A DNA stretch of 54,053 nucleotides, filler included, from Sphacelaria rigidula (Eukaryota): assembly GCA_964200075.2 (NCBI GenBank). It is 3 parts of 3 records of this genome, joined end to end, with 100 filler letters (N's around TTAATTAATTAA, not from the genome) between each part and the next. Parts side by side here need not be neighbours in the genome. Positions count along the whole stretch, not along the records: positions 36,105 to 54,053 come from CAXNAA020000957.1; 2 more parts are not named here. The stretch is one strand, 5' to 3'. Under the pieces are notes generated by a model. That model was given only the letters and a program-made list of their open reading frames with translations. It was not told the origin of the DNA and did not search any database. The first letter of the stretch is position 1. Every line of letters starts with the position of its first letter. Positions 36,341-49,362 of this stretch are shown one piece after another. A program made the position numbers and the translations under genes.

Positions 36341-36914
36341 CCCCCATACCCCTGGTTAAACTGATGAAAAAATAACAACAATCTTCCTGTCGTGGCAGGT
36401 CCTGGCATATTCCCCATTGATTGTGTTGATGTTGTTACATTGTTGGACGGGACACCAACGAAGCCAACATAGCAATGACGACGGTCCAGAAAAGGGGTGG
36501 GTGGGGGGTGACCGGCCCCCGACGAGGGGTGGCCTTATGTCATGCGGTGCTTGTCGTGATATGCGTTGTATGCTTGTACATATGGCTGTCCCTCGAGAGG
36601 TCGAAAGATGGAACCTTGCGATTCCTCGTCATTCGGTTCGTGGTCGTTGGGCCTTGAGTTTCGCCTGTAGTCGGACCCTATGTTTATTTATAGTTGGCCT
36701 CGCGCGTCGAGTTCGAAAGCCGGGCGCCACTCCCTGAAGTCCGAATGGCCACCTGCGGCACCGGATCTTCCGAGGTTCGTCATATTCATTCTTTCTTCTT
36801 TACAATTTATTCTTGTTTTGCGTGGATCGCGTTTGTGAGCTTTTTCTGGGTCTATTCAAGGTCTATTATTGTTTTTTGTTTTTTTGTTTTTGTTTGATTT
36901 CCTCATACCTTATT

Positions 36915-37022
36915 ATAGGTAGCTTGCCTGTGACCACGGAAGGTGACCGCATCAGATGCCCAGTACGGCTGTACCGCGCAGATATCGGAACGGTTTGTAA
37001 TGTGAAAAAAACAACGACGACG

Positions 37023-37056
<34 letters not shown>

Positions 37057-37091
37057 ACAACAACAACAACAACAACAAACAACAACAACAA
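36915..37091 (+). repeat. (ACA)n tail, probably the 3' end of a non-LTR element
   Basis: aatgtgaaaaaa followed by (aca)n at 37010-37091. Confidence 0.55.
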
Positions 37092-40000
37092 TGGTACATA
37101 AGTACGTTCCTCAAGTACGTGCGGTGCTCTTTTCAGTATACATACACAATCATTATAGGTACGAGTATGTATGTTGAATGTACGCTGTAATACGATATAC
37201 TGTGTGTGTGTTCTTGTCATCCCATCTGTAGACTGTAGCACTGTTGTACATTTATCTAGACAAATGCGGGCGAAAGCTTTCGAAACGATCAATCAACGAC
37301 TGCGCGTTCTGTTCTGTGTTGGAAATCTTAGAACGCTGCTGTGGTAAAAATCACGTAACAGTCCCGAACCTTGGGACGTTCGGTGAAACTTTAGCACATA
37401 CATATCGTACAGTGAAGATACAAAACTACTAATACCGCGCCTGCGGAGTACTCTTCATGCCCTGGTTGCCATTATACAGCCCTGGTTGCCATTATACAAC
37501 AACCTAGGTCTCCCCATGTGGCATCACACAATCAACACGACGAAAAATAAAAGCCGAGACCTCTTCCACATCCCGATCCGGCTCACCCTTTCCAGTAACA
37601 CAACAGTCCAGTATCAGTGCATACAACGATGAACGTCAACAAACCCACACGGGAGCGTTCGACCTGATCATAATTGACATATCTTCTTATTTTTGCACCT
37701 CACCACACCGGTCATTGATGTTTCCGAGCCTAATTTGTTTCCGTCGTAAGGTAATTGAAGATGTCCTCGTCCCCTGACGCCGTCTGTAGTACTCGACAAT
37801 GATGCCGCGGCTACTTCTGTTGATCCCGACACGAATAGCGGTGGAGTGAACACTTGATGACATGTCTCCTGCCGGCTGCTGTACTTCGTTTATACAACGT
37901 GTAATCCTGAGGCCAGGATGTAAATTGACATCAAGGTCTACCGCTGTGTGCTGCCGTATCAGCGTTATTCGCAGCCACTAAACGATACGATGGTTTGACG
38001 GGGCACAGACACAATGAATCTGCGAAATTATCTTCGTGGAGGATTGAACGGACGGATGGAGCAAACACCCCATATCTGTAAAATCTAAAAACAACCTGCG
38101 ACGTCCATTCTGCCATTGTTTTTCTCCACATTTTTGGTCAAACGAGGAGTAAAAAATATATACCTCTTTCATGTCCTTCTCGGTCTATCAGAGTTTGTTT
38201 TCTGAAACTGTACCTTATTTGGTCTTTTTCTGCTTTAGAAAGACGAAGAGCTCCTTGTACACCCTTCGCTGCTGCTGGCTCTTGGCCGTTGTGCCTCTCA
38301 GCTCCGCTAGAAAACGAAGAAAAGAAGGTGAACAGCCAACGCACTGGAGCTGGAGGTAAAGCCAGTTCCAACTGAAATACTCCCTGGTCCACAAAAACAG
38401 ATTCGCTTCGAGGCTCTACTTCCTCCACATTTGTAAAACATCAGCGGCGTATCAACTGCGGATATAGCGGAGCAGAAGCCAAGGGTGTTGTTTCCTGTCG
38501 CCTGAAGCCGGTTCGCTCTGAGGCAAGCGTGAGAGGTTACCTGTTGGTAAAAAGGCGACTTGGTACATCACTGTCTATAGGTTTAAATGACGGTTGGAGG
38601 TGGAGGACGCAGAACGATGCCGTCAAGTCATGCTCCCATCAAGAAGTACAACTACGAGAGGTGGGTGCTGTTGCTGCTGCTCCTGGTGATGCTAACGATA
38701 GGGGTGCCACGTACAGCTTCTGCAAGTGTGTGCAAGTAGGGCGCGTTTTGTCTTTGTTAAATGGACATAAATCTATCGCCAAACACCTCGGAAGTATTGA
38801 GACACAGGTTATCCTTTGTTCAAATCATCATGGGTCGTCCGACGAGTGTAGGGCGAGGCAAGCTCTGTACGGGGTTGGATTCGGCCTCGTGATTTATTGG
38901 CGGGTTGAGAGGTGTGAAGATTACACGCCGCCGTTTGAGGAAACCGCGCATGGTCATGAGGTGAGGACCTCAAGGTTTCATGTGGTATAGTTCCCTTACT
39001 ATGACAATGTGTTGGTACGCGAGGGGTTGCCAGCGTGACGAAATCTCTGTGGGACATGGTAGCATGCCATACTGTTACACCACTTGAAGTGACAGCCTCT
39101 GTCGTGGCTCGTGAAGGTGTGGTACTCCAGAGCATAATATTTTGTATGTCAGATGTCGGCTCGGACTATTTTCAGTAAGTTGCGCAGCCAGCCCCTGCGC
39201 CCCCCCACAGAACATGAGACCGGCAATATTAAGCGAAATCGTCATGAACGAAGTAGAAAACTTTTCTGCTTCGATTTTCTCCTACCCCGGGGTTACCACA
39301 CATGATGGGCTCTCGATCTCGTGATCAGTCTTCACATGACATTACAATTGCTAAACATACCGAATCACTTGTAGTGTGCAAGCCTCAGCCCGCACATCAT
39401 GCATTGCGCTGAGGATGCGATCGCATCCGAACCCATTGCCACCGTTCCCGTCCTCACCAGCCCTTGCCCGTTTTCAGACCACTTGGCTAGCCCTGGAATA
39501 CGTAACCATGGCCGTCTTCGTTTTTCTGGTCTTCCAGTGGACGTCGCAAAGCACTGAAGACGTTTGGTGGCCGCCACATTTATTTACTCTGCTCAGTACA
39601 CGGTACTCACGAAGTATTAGTGTATACAACATCGTGATACAATCAGTGTAGTAGAGGATGCACAGTCCAGTATCTTACTACAGGGCAGACAGTACAGTAG
39701 TCGGGGTTCTGGGGGAAGCTCGCATAAGTTGTTGGCGGGCGCAAATGGTATTCGGGAAGCAAAGTACTGCCGACTTCAAAGTTTTTACTTGCTGTGTACA
39801 GTACTGTCTACAGGATCTCCTGTTTGTTCACAGCATGTGATTGAACATGAACATGCCGAAGAACAGCATGAAATGAATATGAACATATTTTCGTGCTGAA
39901 AAATAACGTCAACTTTGACGTCTTGTGCTTGTAAACTTTCAACTTTTTAGGTCGCTCTTCAGATGGGTGATGTCGAGACATTGCGAAGAATTCGAGAAGC

Positions 40001-42424
40001 ACGGCGTCACGACAAGGACGCTGGAGAGGGCGCCTCTGGCAAGGGAGGCGTTCTATACCTCAGATTGGCCGGGTGCACGAGCTCTGGTTCAAAGCAATGA
40101 TGAAAGCAAGGTGTGATGTAGATGATACATGTGTACTCGTGATCTAGTGCTCTTGACCGGCGTGTCTTTTGGATTCGTTTCCTATACAGAAAAATACTAC
40201 ATACAGTCGTGGGTTGCGTTCCTTGTTCTTTAATCATCGTTCGGAAGCGACTGCCAGCCGCCCTGATATGTTCCAACACGTGTACAGGAACACAGAGCTC
40301 GTGCAGGCATCGGAGTTTTCTGGCCGTAGAAGCAGATCCTCTCCTCGTCCGCTCGACCGCGAGAAGAACGAAAGAATAACCCGCTACTCGTACTGAGTGA
40401 TGCTGGAAACGCCAAAATATCATCCACCGCCATGGGGTTCATCAATACAGCACGGTTAGCATGCCGTGCGTTCACGACCTCCCCCTTAGCCAGCCACTGG
40501 TGCACGCAGTATGAGTAACAACTACCTATTTCACGACCCTCGGGCTCACCGACATGCAGAGATTGCTTTTTGTGAGCGAGGCGGGCGGGCGGGCTGGGGG
40601 AGGGTGTCGAGGCACTTGAACAAGCTCAACTTCCGCTGTATGTCCTCTTGCGATCATGTGTACAATGTATATGAAAGGCGGGGTGATCCGGTTGCTTTGC
40701 TGGGCGAAACAGCACAGATGTAGCTAGCACTACTGGTGTAATTTCTATTCGCAATAGATGTCCAGGAAACATGTGCAAGAGGAAGACTGCCTCTAAAGGT
40801 GCAATCGATTCCTTGTTTCGCTGCAGAGCAAGCCTCTGCACCGTAAACCACTCCAGTTCATCATGAAACGTTGTACAGTTTCTGTCGGGTTTTTCGTGGA
40901 CATGCTCTGCCGGAATCAGGGCCTCGCAAGTTGGGCAGTGCAGACAATCTCACATAATCGTGCCAGCCTTTCAGCCTTTCGATTTCTGGTCATCATAATA
41001 CATACCACTTGCTGCTCCAAGAGATTATTTTCAAACTTTGTGGAGGGCCAAATAAAGGATGCAGAATATAAATCTTTTACTGTCTCTTATTATGCGATGC
41101 GATGGTACAAGGTGAGTAATCCTGACGCTTTTCGTTTATCTCATTATATGTGTGCCTAACCTGAGTTCACCTTCGGCTGGATCTGCAAACTTTAGTTTGT
41201 AATGAATGAGCGTAATGGGTATGTGGGTATAGTATAGTACAGTAGATTCGAGTCGAATTTGATGAGACATCATGGCATTTTTATTCAGCTGCTGTGATCG
41301 ACGTTTTTGCCATCGCCGCGTAGAAGTTCACAGTCAAAAAGTTCAAATTTTGGTCGTCTGCATCCCATCCAATCGCAAGCCGCCCAAGCACCGTTGGAAG
41401 AACGCTAAAGACCAGTGCAGACTTGGTCATGCGGGAGAAACAGCTGCCATAAGTTTGACATTCGAATACTGTTTGTAGTGCGGTACATGTGCACGGCACA
41501 ACAGTAAGGTAGTGCAGTACAAGAAGTGCTTGTGTCGGGAGCTGTGTAGGTCGCATGATACAACCATTCTCCAACCAAAACACACATGATGATGATGCCT
41601 CTACATACATGCATACAACTCGAGATTTCAAGAGCCACGACAGGTACTGGTGTAAGAACCAAGCTCGGGTCGGTACTGTTTGTTGTCTAGTTGGCGCACT
41701 TGCAGGTGGCACATGTCGATCTATGGAGCTTTGCATCATCCTTCCCAGGGTAGAGCCAATGGTTGCCATGCACTGTTGAGTACAGCCGGTATATCTCGTG
41801 TGAATACGGCCGGTACTGTAGTGGAGTTCTGTCAGTAGTCCATACACTACACTCTGTCGACAAGTTGTTGAACACTGCGACTGCCAGAGCTTCTCATTAT
41901 GTAAATAGGCAATATTTTCACCTGAAAAATGCCGAAGACCTCCAGAACCAGGACCCACCCCTGGCGGTCAAAAGGGAAAACCCTTTGAGATGCTCAGGTC
42001 TGCCCCTCTGTAGAGATAACCAGAATGACTTCCAAAGTTTGGTTTTTCATTCGCGGACAGTCAAGGACCAGAGGAGGGGTATATATGATGTATGATGACC
42101 CTTTTGAGCACCGAAGTGTAATGCTGATTCTTTCCAGGAGAAATGATGCCAATCCAAATGAAAGCACATCTGGGCGGTGAACAGGTACCGTGAATCGTCT
42201 TCTGTCCTGTCCAGCGCCCGGAGAAAAATCACCCAGAAGAGCCTCGCCAGGCCTAGCAGTATTTTTGAAGTCAACATAATGCCGATGCTTTACATTGGCA
42301 CACTTTGGCGGCGACAAGGTCAACCGTTGCCAGGGTAGATAATCCGTTGGAATGGAACATACCTGTAGGGCATAAATAACTCAACTCTCACACAGTGCCC
42401 AACAGTGGAGAGGGACTATGACGT

Positions 42425-42615
42425 GGGTACACAAAATTCGACCTAACGGTCGACGAGGGAAAGGGACCGCTGAACCCCTCTCGGGATAAAGAAAATGACG
42501 TCAAGCACCGCAGAAGAAAATTGGAGAACTCGAACAAATAGAAAAAAAAAGATCCTGAGGTGGCCTTCCTCCTGTGTTACCCCGTCTGGTGCGCCCACAT
42601 ATACCGAAAGGTGTG
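42425..42615 (-). repeat. Dispersed repeat family, inverted copy
   Basis: Reverse complement of 36165-36340. Confidence 0.8.
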
Positions 42616-42786
42616 CGAGCTGGGCCAGCCTAAAAACGGATTTATGCTCTCAAAGCGATATCTCAACGACACAGACGAGTTGGGCCGTGATCCGCATATC
42701 GTATTAATCGTCTAATCAAGGAGAAGGTGCCCATCTGCTCAAAAATCTGGGTCAATTGTTTCTCGTCGAGTAAACCCCATGTACAG

Positions 42787-42893
42787 TAATTCCTATACCT
42801 TGCGGAGATAGCGTCCTCACCATGGAGCACGGGGAGACGATGAGATACCCTCACTTTCACCTAATTCGTTATCTATCTCGAGAAATGGCGCAC
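42787..42893 (+). CDS. Candidate internal exon of unknown plus-strand gene
   Basis: tacag|..IPIPCGDSVLTMEHGETMRYPHFHLIRYLSREMAH|gtaagg; phase-0 donor; 5' border uncertain. Confidence 0.5.
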
Positions 42894-43437
42894 GTAAGGT
42901 TCCATACTAACATCAGTATATTACGAGCAGAGGCACTGGATGACTCAAATCTGGATATCGCGTCTCAGTTTTTGGCAGTTGTGCTACGAAATTTGGTATG
43001 GAGAACCGCCAGTGCATAATAAAATATAAAATACCGCTTTCACGTTGTTTCTCTTTTTTTTTCGTGTTTTTACGGGGGTTTCGAGGAGAAATGAACATTG
43101 CTTTTGGGCCTCATATCAATTTTTCAGCTCAATTTTTAGAATCGTGATTTGAAGCTTGGCATTGAAAACGACACAAGTATGCTGAGTGAAAAAAAATGGG
43201 CTTTCATTTTTTTCTTTCATGAGAGGTTCGGGCGTTCCCGTAAAAAAATCATCGTTACTATACTATAACGCCTTCAATCAGTGAGAAAAAATAATAAAAT
43301 CAACCTCACGCATTTTTCTTGGTTCATCACTACCTAGCAAGGTCCCGCACAAAGTTTCAACCCACAAACATCAAACGTGGGCCGATACACGGCCTTCAAA
43401 AGACTACCCCTAATTTCCGCCGCCTCGGTTTTTCAAA

Positions 43438-43706
43438 GGTAAATTCGCAATTTTTTTCTCGGAGTTGGAAAGTGAAATTTGGTATGGACAATCAACAAAG
43501 CATGAAGAAAAGCTGTCGGTGAGGTCCAGGCGTTTTTTTTTCGTGAATTAGAGGCAAAAATCAGTTTTGAGGTTTTAGTAAAATGCGCTTAACTCACGAA
43601 AAATGAATAAATCTTTGGGACCTCACAGACAGCTCTTCTTCATGCCCTGTTGATTGTCCATACCAAATTTCACTTTTTAACTCCAAGAAGAACATTGCGA
43701 ATTCGC
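43438..43706. repeat. Long imperfect palindrome (foldback/MITE core)
   Basis: aagtgaaatttggtatggacaatcaaca...catgaagaa mirrored by ttcttcatg...tgttgattgtccataccaaatttcactt. Confidence 0.85.
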
Positions 43707-44906
43707 CTGCAAAGTACAAATCCGCTTGTAGGCTGGCCCAGCCTGTAAGACTTGCTTCTACGGCAGGCATTTCATGGAGACGGCTTTGAACCAAATTGGG
43801 GGAAAAACAATCGGGCGGTCATGATCTCGGAACGGTTTCCCCCGATTTTTGGGGAAAAATTGGGGCAAATCGCTCCGAGATCGTGACTCCCCGATTTTTT
43901 TGAGATGACGTACGTGTATTGACGTACAATGCCCGAGTACGAGGCGTTTGATATTTTTGCAACGGCAGCAGAAGGCAGGCTCTTGACAGCACAGGGCGTG
44001 CCTACTGCCTGCCCCTGCTGCTGAAGCAACTTCGCACGGGGTTTGACAAGCGGATAATGAGTGCTGACGCCATACCCTGCGGCGGTTGTAATATTTTATG
44101 CTGCACTGCGCTGCCATATGTATCACTAAACCGAACGCTACTACTACTGTACTCTCCTAGCTGTTGTCGCTGTTCTTGACGGGTGATGTACGGCATTGCA
44201 CTACTGAACTCTGCTCGCGCACTGTTTGTTCTCTGTTCTCGCAATACCGTTTGTACCATCATGTACAACCACACGGCATCATCGTGTACTATTTGTACTG
44301 ATGTGGTGTCCTGCACTGTTAATACCCTAGGGTACGAAGGTACGACGATGCACTCGAAGGATCGTGTACTGCCTGCCTGCTCTTCAGCTTCATGCACGAG
44401 TATGCAGTACCACACTTCATGCAGGAAATGACCGTCCGCGTGCAGAACCTTTCAAATATGTGATACTGTACGTCGTGCTGTCTGTGCCATGAAACGATCC
44501 CCCCGATTTTTTCAAAATCAGGATCCCAAAAAAATCGAGATTCGTTGCCGTAAAAGTGGGTCTAAACTGGTTTCCAGAATAGATTGGGGGACAACACACA
44601 GAAACAAAACAAACATTCCCACGATCGAACAGAAAAGAAAATCATGGCCGATTCAACACATCATACTCCCTGGTGGTTAGGTCAAGCGGTCGCCGCGCCC
44701 ATGTACTCCACCAGACCCAGCTCTTGCACAGTACAGGTCATCGCCATGCATTACCCCGCTTGGTCTACCTGAACTTGAATGTCGCGGAATTCATCGTGTA
44801 ATCGTTGCCAGCTGGATGCTCAAATCTGACGCATGTTTTACCTCACAATGGTGCCGACTTGACTGGAAGGCGCCCCTGGGAGATAAAGTGAAGGATCGGA
44901 GCGTAG

Positions 44907-45092
44907 AGGGATCTGCGGTTGTGTATCGGTACGAATCGTTACATAGTGCGACGGATCAAGCTACTGGATTACAGCGAAGCAAGAATCGGATTCAGCGTAG
45001 TCGGGAGAGATAAATTCATCAACTTGGAACCCCAATCTGCGGAACAAATTATCCTGTGCAAAAGATTATGGAGTCATATTTGCCGCAAGACG
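44907..45092 (+). CDS. Candidate penultimate exon of unknown plus-strand gene
   Basis: tag|RDLRLCIGTNRYIVRRIKLLDYSEARIGFSVVGRDKFINLEPQSAEQIILCKRLWSHICRKT|gtgcgc; 186 nt, phase 0/0 fits both neighbours; acceptor context weak. Confidence 0.55.
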
Positions 45093-47508
45093 GTGCGCAG
45101 GGGGACCATTTATGGGTTTGGAACCTGTACTCCATATTGTACTGCTGTGGCATAATAGTCACGTTCGTGAGTACAATACAGCACTGATGTGTTTTGAATT
45201 TTTTTATACGTACCACAATTTTTTTCAAGGAAGTGACTCTCCAACTTTGCTTTCTCCTTGCGGAACGAAGTTATCGCTACACGATCCTCTTCATGGCGGT
45301 GATGGCGGGTTTCTTTCTCCCGCTGTGATTTCTATGGTGAGTTTTGGGCGTGACTTGTCCGTGTTTGTGGTAAACGCCTGGATACACACACGTTTGTTCT
45401 TGCGAGCGTGTTGTCGATTTTTTTCTTGCCGAAGAATATAATCGAAAAGCCATGCAGGAAATTGAATTTATCACGCGGAATCGGGGTCCAGGAAAAGCGT
45501 TCCCCGATTTTTTACACCCGATGCTCGAAAAACTCGAGATTCATAACTGCCATAATAGGTGGTGGCCTTATTGTTAAAGCACATGATTTCTCATCACAAA
45601 AGTGCAGCGAAAAGGGAAATTGAATTAAAATCCCAGTCTGATGGGTCGTCATGTCAACAAAATCAAAAGTTGAAAATCACTTCTCACCAGATAGATTTTT
45701 CCCTTTTCCACGGCACAATATCGAACCAAGAATAATGTGCTGAAGGGTCCCATCTTATGTGTCGTTTTTCGATCGAAGTAGTGCGGTGGGAAAGAAAAAT
45801 ATCGATCTGATGGGCCGTGGCTTCAACTGTCGTCGATGTCCATTACGATAGTTGACACAACGATCTATCGGATCAGAGTTTTTTCTTTCCCACCGCGCAT
45901 TTTCGATTGAAGAGTATTGTGACACCTCCTTGGCAAATGATGTTTTGATCGAAGAAGTTCACCGGGAAATAGGTCGCCATTCCTGCCCACTACATTTTTG
46001 TTGAACTGAGGACCTTGGGATCGAAATGATTTGTGTCCGCCGCATGCTTTCGATCCAAAAATCAGTTCGCGAAGACACGCCATGTCCAGACATTTTTTTC
46101 GTCGAAAAAGTCCAGTGGAAAAAAATAATCCGATTTCCTAGGTCGCCACCTCCATCAGATCGGAGTCATACGTTTCCGCCGCCCTGTTTTTTCTGCTCAA
46201 ATATGTCCTGGAAAAGTCTCAACGAGTAGAGCAGGTCACTCCAAGGCGACAAACTCCGCCTAGCCCTCCTTCAGGACGTTGAACGACGAAAGAGGACCAA
46301 AACAGAGTATTTCAGTGTTGTTCCTTTTCAACGTTATGGAGGCATTATACTAAAATTATAATTCATCATCCGCGGCGTCAATCGAAGGCGGTCATACTCT
46401 AAGGTCTAAAATATGCTGAGACTAAAGAGGGCGGACGTCCTTGGAAGAGAGATCCATGTAAGTAATGAGTAGAAAAAGGTGGTCTGTTTTCCACGATTTG
46501 ACGTGTGGGTGTTGGAACGACCGTTTGCGCCAGGTGATGCTGAGGCCATTGAAGTACAACATAATGGTCCAGTTTGGGGTTGTTTTCAGTATGACCTTGC
46601 GATTCTCTGTTCTAGATTTCGAACCAAAGTTTCAAGTATTCGAGCAGTAGACTTGATGCGCGCTGCATTAGTTGATCCTCGTGGAATAATTCCTTATGTG
46701 TGATCAAGTGAGATACCTCGTGGTGTCTCATGGTGCCGAAGCCAGCAGAAAGCTTCGAACGGCAAGCAATGCCGCGGATAATTCCATACAAGTCGGACGT
46801 AATTGGAAAATATGTCGAGATCAACACACACCTCCGTACCGAGGATGGTACGCAACGCCCATTACACCGCTTTAGGAGCTGTATACCCATTGAAATTCGC
46901 CCCGAATCCCCGAAAATTACCGAAAATTAAACAAGCCAACACGTATCACCACTCGGTCACTGGCAACTACGTATGGGTGCACGATGAGAGCGGAACACCT
47001 AATCTGAAAATACCATGAAACAAAAATACGAGTGCTTCACTACGAACGAAGGCGTGCATGAACGCTGGATGGACATGGGCGATTGGCACAGGTGGCACAG
47101 AGGTGAAATGATCCGCCGATACCCGTTGCGGTGCAGCAGTCTTTTGTCATGGTTGAGGGAGGCTGGTGCGTTTCGTCTTATATTCCGTCATCCATCCGTG
47201 TGCTGTGCTGTACTGAATGGTAGATATAGTGTTGACGTGATGGTGGCTGTTGTTGGTCCTGTACTGTGACGATCAATGTGCCGCTGGTCATGCCGTGCAC
47301 ACGAAAAACTATGACATACGACATAGACGTTGCAACTGCGTTTGTATCTAGTGTTCGTCACCCCTCCAGAGCATCCAATCCTACCACTGGACCCCGAAGG
47401 TGGTCAAACTGGCGTCCAACATGTGTCAATTTTACACATGACGTTCATATTAACTGCTCTCATTCTTTCTACTCAACGTACGTTTGAACACCACACCGTA
47501 CCATACAG

Positions 47509-49362
47509 TATGAGCGCACTCCATTCTTCGACGCAATCATCGAACGTGGTCTACGGGGTGGCACACGGTTCAGCATCGACCATGTCACGCATGACGAGAG
47601 GGCAAAGCTCGGGATTGCGCTCGACCGTGCATCTGGAAAGTACTATCTCGCTGCCTACGGCAGTCCCAAGGGGCGACGGGGCTCGGCACGGAGAAGCTCA
47701 CAGACTTCCTCTGCCTCGGAAGGCGACACGAGCAATCCCAACAGCACTGCGAATATCCCAGACATGCTGAGTGCTATTTCGTGCATGAAGGAAGTAGAGG
47801 AGATGCTCACCGCCGAGATTGATACGGCAGGCGACAACCCTGAGGTGGTTCTGCTCAAGAAGCAAGTGGACCCCCTCACAGGGCGGGGCTCCAAAGTCGT
47901 GCACTTCTCTGTGTCGATCAGGAAGAGGGGGGGGACGGGCGGCGCGGGAGAGCCACAGAAGATTGATGGGGGCGCGGGCGTCAAGGGAGTCAGTGCGAGC
48001 TCGGGCATGATGCAGGCTGCTGACGCTGGTGGTTGTAGGTCTGCATCGCGCAAGAACAGCGGGGAGAGCGGGCGTGGTGAATCTGCTGAAGGTGCTAAAG
48101 GTGCCAAAAGTGCTGAAGGTGGCGATGCTTCAACTGCCGTTATTGCTGCTGCTGCTGCTGCTGCATTGCAGGGCAAGTTAAGAGCTGGGCCCACGAATCC
48201 GGTCGCCGGTCAGAGTAGTGACGAGTTCTGCTTGGTCCAGCCGGCAGCTCCCAAGAGACGTAAGGGCATCGCTGCCTCGGTGTTTGGAAGCGCACCGCGC
48301 ACTACCCCGAGTAGGGGGGCTAGCGTCGGCGGCATGGTTACGTCCCCAAAGATAGAGCCCGGCTGCCAAGGGCAGCATTTGTCTGCTAGCACTGGAGGGA
48401 GCAGAGGTGGCGACGCGGGATTGAGGTTTGGTGGAGTGAGGAGCCACAGCCACGATGGTGCTGAGCTGTCCATGTCGTTGCCTCCATCAGCATCAGCGTC
48501 GTCATTGTCATCGTCATCATGGCCCGGTGGTCGCATGTCGTCCCATTCGTCCGCGTTTGGTTCCACAACGCCCACAGCCCAACAGCAGCAGCAATTCAGC
48601 TCGAGTCGGATGCAAGGCGGCAACTTCATGCAACACCTCGATGCGGTGATCTTTCAGCAGCGCGCCGCCGCCATAGGCTTCGGCGGAGGGGGTAGCAGCG
48701 GCACACAACACCAACATCAACATCAACACCAGCACCAACATCAGCACCAGCACATTTCTTCTTCCGGAGGATTCAGTTCATCGCTTGGGGGCACGGGAGA
48801 TTCAAATTCAATTATCGCCGTGTCAATGACACAGACCAATTCTGGAGCACCCTGGCACGCGCACTCCACGTCATCGCCCATGAATGCGGATGACTTTGCT
48901 GGTCATGGTAGTGCCACCAGTGCTGTCAGTCCCGCGGCGGCGAGCAGGGGCGCAGATGGCGGCTCCGGTGGTTCTAGCGGAGCAAGGTGTGGGCTCGGTT
49001 TGCTGTCTTCCCTCACGCAGCAGCACCACCACATGCCGAGCCTCGCGTCCACTGGTAATCACTGCTCGCCCACATCGACTGTCGCAGCGAGCGCTGGAGG
49101 TGCCGGACGTATAAGCCCTACGGCTGCCTTATTACCTTCTGAACAGCATGCGGTGGTTGGTGTTAGTGGGCTGGGGGGTGGATCGAGTAGTTTCTCCATC
49201 TCTGGGTATAACGCGTCATCGGCGAATGTGAAACATTCACATATAAAGGTCGGTGGAATTCACGGAGGCGTCGGTGCCAGTCCGGCGTGGGCGTCTGGGA
49301 GTAGGATGTCGAGTAACGCTGTAGACGAGGAAGACATCGATTTCTTGGCGTCGTTCTTCTAG
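47509..49362 (+). CDS. Terminal exon (617 codons + stop) of protein of unknown function; globular start, then G/S/A-rich disordered tail with poly-A, poly-Q and (HQ)n
   Basis: ORF 47764-49362 extends in frame upstream to catacag|TAT GAG CGC (YERTPFFDAIIERGLRGG...). Confidence 0.8.
   Translation, partial: YERTPFFDAIIERGLRGGTRFSIDHVTHDERAKLGIALDRASGKYYLAAYGSPKGRRGSARRSSQTSSASEGDTSNPNSTANIPDMLSAISCMKEVEEMLTAEIDTAGDNPEVVLLKKQVDPLTGRGSKVVHFSVSIRKRGGTGGAGEPQKIDGGAGVKGVSASSGMMQAADAGGCRSASRKNSGESGRGESAEGAKGAKSAEGGDASTAVIAAAAAAALQGKLRAGPTNPVAGQSSDEFCLVQPAAPKRRKGIAASVFGSAPRTTPSRGASVGGMVTSPKIEPGCQGQHLSASTGGSRGGDAGLRFGGVRSHSHDGAELSMSLPPSASASSLSSSSWPGGRMSSHSSAFGSTTPTAQQQQQFSSSRMQGGNFMQHLDAVIFQQRAAAIGFGGGGSSGTQHQHQHQHQHQHQHQHISSSGGFSSSLGGTGDSNSIIAVSMTQTNSGAPWHAHSTSSPMNADDFAGHGSATSAVSPAAASRGADGGSGGSSGARCGLGLLSSLTQQHHHMPSLASTGNHCSPTSTVAASAGGAGRISPTAALLPSEQHAVVGVSGLGGGSSSFSISGYNASSANVKHSHIKVGGIHGGVGASPAWASGSRMSSNAVDEEDIDFLASFF

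Noticed and set aside
36813..37292. ORFs with poly-T/N/Q or poly-V/C
   Set aside because: Translations of the (ACA)n microsatellite
41281..41958. 225-aa minus-strand ORF
   Set aside because: No recognisable motif; plus-strand splice signals suggest it is antisense to exon/intron sequence
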